A DNA stretch of 64,000 nucleotides, taken from an uncultured Verrucomicrobiae bacterium. Lineage in GTDB: Bacteria; Verrucomicrobiota; Verrucomicrobiia; Limisphaerales; Palsa-1400. Under the pieces are notes generated by a model. The model made no database searches. It worked only from the letters and a program-made list of their open reading frames with translations, and was not told the origin of the DNA. A program made the translations under genes and the position numbers. Location of the stretch: contig CAVXRD010000001.1 in the NCBI GenBank assembly GCA_963764165.1, positions 1,056,001-1,120,000 on the forward strand, read 5' to 3'. This document shows, piece after piece, positions 58,771-64,000 of this stretch; the first letter of the stretch is position 1, and each line of letters starts with the position of its first letter.

Positions 58771-61371
58771 CTATTTCGCGTCCAGGGGAATGACATCGCG
58801 GCCATGCGAGGCCACATTGACCACGCGCTTTCCATCAATAAGGATTTGATAAGCCACGCCGTCGCGACCGTCAATCTCCGCTTTGCCATCACGAATGGCG
58901 ACCGGAAACGGCGCCGTAACGCCGCGCCCTCCCCCCGCCGCCACCGCCAGCGAATCCAGCTTTCCTTCCAATGCGAAACGAAGGCTGACCAGCGCCGACG
59001 GATTAATGGCCGGCTCGTTGCGCTGCTGGCTGCCCAGATTGAACGAATCCGGCAGGCATCCGGCAAACGGGCCGGAAGGATATTGCTCCTGCTCGGCTGT
59101 CAATAGAATTCCTGTCGCAATTTTTGGCCAGTCGGCGCTCTTGTCATAAGGCGCGAGCATCGTCAAGGCATAGGCGTAAACATACCCGCACCATTGAACG
59201 GGCAGGCCCATCCAATTGGGCGCGCGCCAGCCCGTGGCCCCGAAGACGGCGATGGTCGCGTAAGGCATCACCGGTTGATTTCCCCATTGGTAAACGAACG
59301 GCAATCCGCTGATGGCCCAGCCGCGGGCGCGTTCGAGATATTCCGGTTTTCCAGTCAACTGGTAGCCGCGAACATAAGCGTGGACGAGGTGCGCTGAGGC
59401 CATGATGTCGGGTGTGTGCAGCGGAACTTCCCATGTCTGCGCCCCGCGCGGGTCGCGGAAATGTTTCATGTACTCCAGGGCTTTGATCCCGGCCTTCAGG
59501 GCTTCGGTGTCGCCGGTCAGCCGCGCGTGATCAAGCAATTCCGCGGCTTGCAATGCGCAGAATCCGCTCGCGGTGTCCTCGTAATGGCCTCGGGCCAGCT
59601 TCCCCTCGTAGCGAAATGATCCGTCCGGTTTCTGATTCGCGATAATGGATTTTGCGTGGGCCGTTCGCATCTCCAGCCATTCCTGGGCGCGCCCGGTCAC
59701 GAAATAAATCGAATCGTTCACGATGTGCCCGCCGCCTGGAACAATGTTCGGAAGCGAAGGCGCTTGGCCGCTCAGCCGCCACAGCGTCGAAGCTTCGTCC
59801 GCAAAGGGCGCGCGTCCCCATGAAGGCTCTATGCAATGGCCCCAGCCCGCCTCGGTTCGGAGCGGCGGCCCGTTCAACGTTGTCAAACACAGCGCCAATT
59901 CCTCATCGCGCGTGCGGGGAGTCGCCGGCAGCGGCGGCAAATCGTGCTGGCGGAATGCCCAAAGAATCGTGTTCTCGATTGGCCCGGGCGGGCGCACAAG
60001 TATTCTGCAATCAATGCGTTTGCCGCGAAGCGATGCGCGGCTGGCATCCGGCCCGTCCAAAAAATTCGGCGTGGCGTAGACCGGCTGCAATGTCATGTCG
60101 TCCCAAGTCATCGCGGTCGAGGCGCGGTCCGTGACGAAGGACATCAGCGGCATGGTGACCTTCATGGGATCGGGGGCGTAGCGGACGTGCTCGTCCGTCT
60201 CAATATCAAGCGTGGAGGAAGAGTGCTCTCCCGGCCCGAGATATTCCAACCCGGCGAAAATGCCCTGGTCGAGCGGGCCCAAAGCGCGGAGCACCGGCCC
60301 TTCGCAAGGCAGGGAGCTCTCGATTGTCACATAAATTTGATTATTGGCGGCGCTCAAGCGAAGCATAATCCCCTCGCCGTTCCATTGAAGGCCGCCCTTT
60401 CTTGAGGCGATGTCCATCTTGGGAGACCAGCCGTCAACGCTCACCAGCGGCGCCAGCAACGCCACCAATTTGCCGTCCAATTCAATGCGCGCTCCCGAGC
60501 CATCTTGCGCCGCGCGCACGCGAAGTTTGCCCGCCTCCACCGTCGACCAGGAAACTTTCGCGTTCGTATTAACAATTTCAATGGAGCGATGAATGTCCGG
60601 CGTCCCCTGGCTCCTCACAACGACGTCGCGCAGCAGGAACGGCGACGCAGCCGCGCTGTTTTCGGTTAATTCAGTGGTGCTGCCGGGATCGAGTTTGTAG
60701 GGAAAGCCATCCAGAGTCATCAGAACCCGCTCGATTGAATGGTTGGCAACCCGGGCGGTGATCTGCGTGCCATCCGTCCGAACGGACACAATTTCCAGCG
60801 GATGCAGCGTTTGTTTGACGACGTGAATTGAAGCCACGTCCACCACTCCTGCCGCTTCGAGGGGATCGAGCCGCAGTTGTTGAATTCGTTCCGAAGTGTT
60901 CAGTGGGACGGTGTAATCATGCCATTGGCCATCGTGGATCAAGTGAAAATGCTGGCTGCGCCCCTCATCGAAACCGGGCGCGTCAACGGGCGACCAAAAA
61001 ATCTGAGCGCTGCCGCCTGCCGCGCAACGCATCCGAATTTGCACCACCACCGGCCCGCTGGCGCGCATGGACGGACCGAATAAATACGGATCATTTCCGC
61101 CGCATTCGATCCGCAATGCGCCATCGGCCACCGCCGCCGTGCAATCGTGCATCGGCGTCCAATCTGTCAATCCATGGGCTACATCCCATCCCAGCAATTG
61201 TTCGGTGCGAATCACGGGGCGCGGAAATGGATTCAGCACCTCGTCGGCAAAGGCAGGTTGTAGAATAAATTGCCAAATGAAAAACAGCGGGCACCAGCGA
61301 CGAATGAAATGTGTTTTCACGGTAGTCTTCACTCTATCACCGCAGATTTCGCCGTAAATCTTTGTTTCCAA
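58771..61371 (-). CDS. Large exported hypothetical protein (CBM-like N-terminus, possible alpha/alpha-barrel C-terminus)
   Basis: Long ORF with signal-like segment; DGQWHDYTV...QLRLDP motif; start uncertain. Confidence 0.65.
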   Translation of the reverse strand: METKIYGEICGDRVKTTVKTHFIRRWCPLFFIWQFILQPAFADEVLNPFPRPVIRTEQLLGWDVAHGLTDWTPMHDCTAAVADGALRIECGGNDPYLFGPSMRASGPVVVQIRMRCAAGGSAQIFWSPVDAPGFDEGRSQHFHLIHDGQWHDYTVPLNTSERIQQLRLDPLEAAGVVDVASIHVVKQTLHPLEIVSVRTDGTQITARVANHSIERVLMTLDGFPYKLDPGSTTELTENSAAASPFLLRDVVVRSQGTPDIHRSIEIVNTNAKVSWSTVEAGKLRVRAAQDGSGARIELDGKLVALLAPLVSVDGWSPKMDIASRKGGLQWNGEGIMLRLSAANNQIYVTIESSLPCEGPVLRALGPLDQGIFAGLEYLGPGEHSSSTLDIETDEHVRYAPDPMKVTMPLMSFVTDRASTAMTWDDMTLQPVYATPNFLDGPDASRASLRGKRIDCRILVRPPGPIENTILWAFRQHDLPPLPATPRTRDEELALCLTTLNGPPLRTEAGWGHCIEPSWGRAPFADEASTLWRLSGQAPSLPNIVPGGGHIVNDSIYFVTGRAQEWLEMRTAHAKSIIANQKPDGSFRYEGKLARGHYEDTASGFCALQAAELLDHARLTGDTEALKAGIKALEYMKHFRDPRGAQTWEVPLHTPDIMASAHLVHAYVRGYQLTGKPEYLERARGWAISGLPFVYQWGNQPVMPYATIAVFGATGWRAPNWMGLPVQWCGYVYAYALTMLAPYDKSADWPKIATGILLTAEQEQYPSGPFAGCLPDSFNLGSQQRNEPAINPSALVSLRFALEGKLDSLAVAAGGGRGVTAPFPVAIRDGKAEIDGRDGVAYQILIDGKRVVNVASHGRDVIPLDAK

Positions 61372-61410
61372 GCGGCGCGCATTTGAGGGGTGATTACAAG
61401 TCGGAAAAAA

Positions 61411-61508
61411 AGGCAGGGACGCCTCGGCGAGGCGTCCGAGGCCGTGATGTTTTTCGAAGCGTTCGGACTTGCGAGTGTCTCCGGACGCCTCGGCGAGGCG
61501 TCCCTACC
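61411..61508. repeat. REPIN-like pair of GGACGCCTCGGCGAGGCGTCC palindromes
   Basis: Same unit as 51686-51789. Confidence 0.85.
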
Positions 61509-61578
61509 CCGCTTCGCGACCAAAAGCCCACCCGCTTTTTATGGCGCCTAGCTTTGGAGATTTGTGTTACAGTGTCGC

Positions 61579-62655
61579 ATGTTTTTGACCGGAATTGGAA
61601 CGGCCGCCCCCGCCGGGAAATTTACGCAGTTGGAATGTTGGGATGCCCTGCAAAGGGCGCCGCAATTTCCAAAATTGCATGGCCGCTCCCAGGCGCTGCT
61701 GCGAAAAGTGCTGTCGGGTGACAACGGCATTTCCACCCGGCACTTCGTCATGGATAACTTGGCGGATGTGTTCGATCTCACGCCGGACGCGCTGCACGCC
61801 CGCTTCAGCGAACACGCCCCGCGCCTCGCCACACAGGCGGCTGAACGGGCGCTGGCCGCCGCAAATATTCCACCCTCGCAAGTCGACGCCGTCATCATCA
61901 GCACATGCACCGGTTATCTTTGCCCCGGACTGACCAGCTACGTGACGGAAAGGCTTGGGTTGCGTCAGGACGTCCACGCGCTCGATCTCGTGGGGCAAGG
62001 TTGCGGCGCGGCCATGCCGAACTTGCGCACCGGCGAGGCGCTCATCGCTTCGGGACGGGCGGGGCATGTGCTGTCCGTGTGCGTCGAGATTTGCAGCGCG
62101 GCGTTTTATTTGGACGATGACCCGGGCGTGCTGGTCAGCGCGTGCCTGTTCGGCGATGGGGCGGCGGCGGCTGTGCTGTCGCGCGAAGCTTCGCCAAGGG
62201 TTCGGCGCGTCGAATGGAAAACGTGCGGCACTTTTGTCAGCACCAAGGACCGGGACACGCTGCGTTTCGAGCAGCGCCATGGCATGCTGCGCAATATGCT
62301 TGACCGCAAAGTCCCCGCCCTTGCGGCGATGCATGCGGAGAATGTTTTGAACGGCGTGCTGCAAAGCCATCCGCTGAATCGCGCGGAGATCACTGGCTGG
62401 ATTCTGCATGCGGGCGGGCGTGAAGTGCTCGCTTCGCTGCAGCGGCGCCTCCATCTGACAGATCACGACGTCCGCCCCAGCGCCGGGGTTTTGCTCGAAT
62501 ACGGGAATGTGAGCAGCCCGTTTGTTCTATTTGCGCTGGAACGCGCCCTGGCCGAAAATGCTCCAGGCGGCTGGTGGTGGATGTCCTCCTTCGGCGCCGG
62601 ATTCAGTTGTCACGGAGCCTTGTTGAAGACAGATGAAAATGATTCGTGTGGTTGA
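61579..62655 (+). CDS. Type III polyketide synthase
   Basis: Cys-His-Asn triad: GQGCG, LHAGG, YGNVSS; LFGDGAAA. Confidence 0.95.
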   Translation: MFLTGIGTAAPAGKFTQLECWDALQRAPQFPKLHGRSQALLRKVLSGDNGISTRHFVMDNLADVFDLTPDALHARFSEHAPRLATQAAERALAAANIPPSQVDAVIISTCTGYLCPGLTSYVTERLGLRQDVHALDLVGQGCGAAMPNLRTGEALIASGRAGHVLSVCVEICSAAFYLDDDPGVLVSACLFGDGAAAAVLSREASPRVRRVEWKTCGTFVSTKDRDTLRFEQRHGMLRNMLDRKVPALAAMHAENVLNGVLQSHPLNRAEITGWILHAGGREVLASLQRRLHLTDHDVRPSAGVLLEYGNVSSPFVLFALERALAENAPGGWWWMSSFGAGFSCHGALLKTDENDSCG

Positions 62656-63337
62656 GCCAGAATTGCTTGACAGTCTCCCGCCCACTGATCCGATGGCCAT
62701 CGGGTCGCGGGCGGATTTGCGCACTCTTAACACCCTCATGGGCAACGTCCGCTGGACGACGCGCGCCATTCGCGAGCATTGCGTTTTTTCGCCGCACCGT
62801 CCGCTGCGGCTGGTGGAATTGGGCGCGGGCGATGGCACGTTTATCCTGCGCGTGGCGCGGGGCATTGCCGCCCTTGGGCGACATGCGGAACTGACGCTGC
62901 TGGATCGCCAATGCTCCGTCAGCGGCCAGACTTTGCGCTCGCTCGCCGCCATGGGCTGGTCGACCGAAATGGTGACGGGCGACGCGTTGAAATGGCTGGA
63001 GGGATCCTCGGCGGGTGTTGACATTATTTGCGCCAATTTATTCCTCCACCATTTCCACCACCGGTTTCTGGGCCAGTTGCTGCAATTAGCCGCCGCCCGC
63101 ACCCATTTGTTCATTGCCCGCGAGCCGGAGCGGTCCGCCGTTGCGCTGACCGCCGCGCGGCGAATCGGGTTAATTGGCTGCAACGAAGTCACGAAACACG
63201 ACGCAGTCAAGAGCGTGTGCGCGGGATTTGCGGGGCGCGAGCTGAGCGCGCTTTGGCCGGCCAGCGGCGAATGGCTTGTCATCGAAAAAACGGCGGGGTT
63301 GTTCTCGCACACGTTCGTCGCGAAGCGGAATGGGTGA
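62633..63337 (+). CDS. SAM-dependent methyltransferase
   Basis: VELGAGDG, ANLFLHHF, HDAVKSV. Confidence 0.88.
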   Translation: MKMIRVVEPELLDSLPPTDPMAIGSRADLRTLNTLMGNVRWTTRAIREHCVFSPHRPLRLVELGAGDGTFILRVARGIAALGRHAELTLLDRQCSVSGQTLRSLAAMGWSTEMVTGDALKWLEGSSAGVDIICANLFLHHFHHRFLGQLLQLAAARTHLFIAREPERSAVALTAARRIGLIGCNEVTKHDAVKSVCAGFAGRELSALWPASGEWLVIEKTAGLFSHTFVAKRNG

Positions 63338-64000
63338 CACGATCACCATTGTCGGAGGAGGGCTGGCGGGGCTCACGCTCGGCATCGGGCTTCGGCAGCG
63401 CGGAGTCCGCGTGGCTGTCATTGAGGCCGGCGATTATCCGCGCCATCGTGTTTGCGGTGAATTCATCAGCGGGCTCGGGCAAGGTTCATTGAAGCGGCTT
63501 GGACTGCTGGACGAATTGAAGGAAATCGGGATGCGCCAGGCCGCCACCGCCGCATTCTACGACGGCCCCGACGCTATCGCAAAGCGCCCCCTGCCGGAAC
63601 CAGCGCTCTGCGTTTCCCGGTTTATGCTTGACGCATGGCTGGCCCGCAAGTTTGTCAAGTTAGGCGGAGAATTGTGCCGCGGCCAGCGCTGGACCCGCCA
63701 GTGCGTCGACGGCGTCGTCAGGGCCACCGGGCGGCGCGTGGAAGCGCGGGTGGACGGATGGCGGCTTTTCGGCCTGAAGGCCTATGCGGGGAACGTCGCG
63801 CTGGAGGCCGATCTTGAATTGCATTTTGTTCGTTCCGGTTATGTGGGCATTTGCCAGTTGCCCGACGGCCTCGTCAACGTGTGCGGACTTTTCCGGTCCC
63901 GCGTCGCTGTTCCCGACCTCGCGAAACATTGGCGGGACTGGCTGCGCGGGCGTTCCGATTCCATATTGCATGCCCGCCTCGCGAACGCCCAATGGGTCGA
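63330..64000 (+). CDS. FAD-dependent oxidoreductase; runs off the right edge
   Basis: Hand translation: MGDTITIVGGGLAGL...YPRHRVCGEFISG. Confidence 0.88.
   Translation, partial: MGDTITIVGGGLAGLTLGIGLRQRGVRVAVIEAGDYPRHRVCGEFISGLGQGSLKRLGLLDELKEIGMRQAATAAFYDGPDAIAKRPLPEPALCVSRFMLDAWLARKFVKLGGELCRGQRWTRQCVDGVVRATGRRVEARVDGWRLFGLKAYAGNVALEADLELHFVRSGYVGICQLPDGLVNVCGLFRSRVAVPDLAKHWRDWLRGRSDSILHARLANAQWV

Overview
High-GC bacterial chromosome segment; the protein style and short palindromic repeats suggest Verrucomicrobiota (Pedosphaerales-like), which is inference. Left flank (1-14.3 kb): TMTC-like membrane glycosyltransferase, a pqqABCDE operon (unannotated Cys-rich pqqA; pqqB apparently starting at ATT), AlkB, a membrane-tethered ECF sigma factor, a BACON/NHL surface protein, DUF885, GNAT, CsbD and a decayed toxin-antitoxin pair. 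Centre (about 14.4-47.3 kb): a ~32.9 kb integrative mobilizable island in tRNA-Pro(TGG). Unusually it duplicates the 5' half of the tRNA. It carries a tyrosine integrase, a MOBF relaxase, a phased repeat array next to an AT-rich tract, and a serine recombinase + 2x ParB/RepB module preceded by a catalytically dead recombinase copy. Its defence cargo is a PLD-SNF2 helicase + type IIG-like methyltransferase + DprA-like gene, a Ubl-E2-JAB-E1 (BilABCD-order) operon whose E2 has no Cys and which faces an HTH + IrrE/ImmA peptidase + exonuclease I operon, and a QatABC operon with an ASCH gene where QatD normally sits. Right flank (47.3-64 kb): ispH, xseA, YmdB, GT2, flippase, frameshifted M20 peptidase, dinB, an MFS pump behind a leader-peptide attenuator, and a type III PKS-methyltransferase-FAD oxidoreductase cluster. 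All family calls come from motif recognition by eye; no searches were run.
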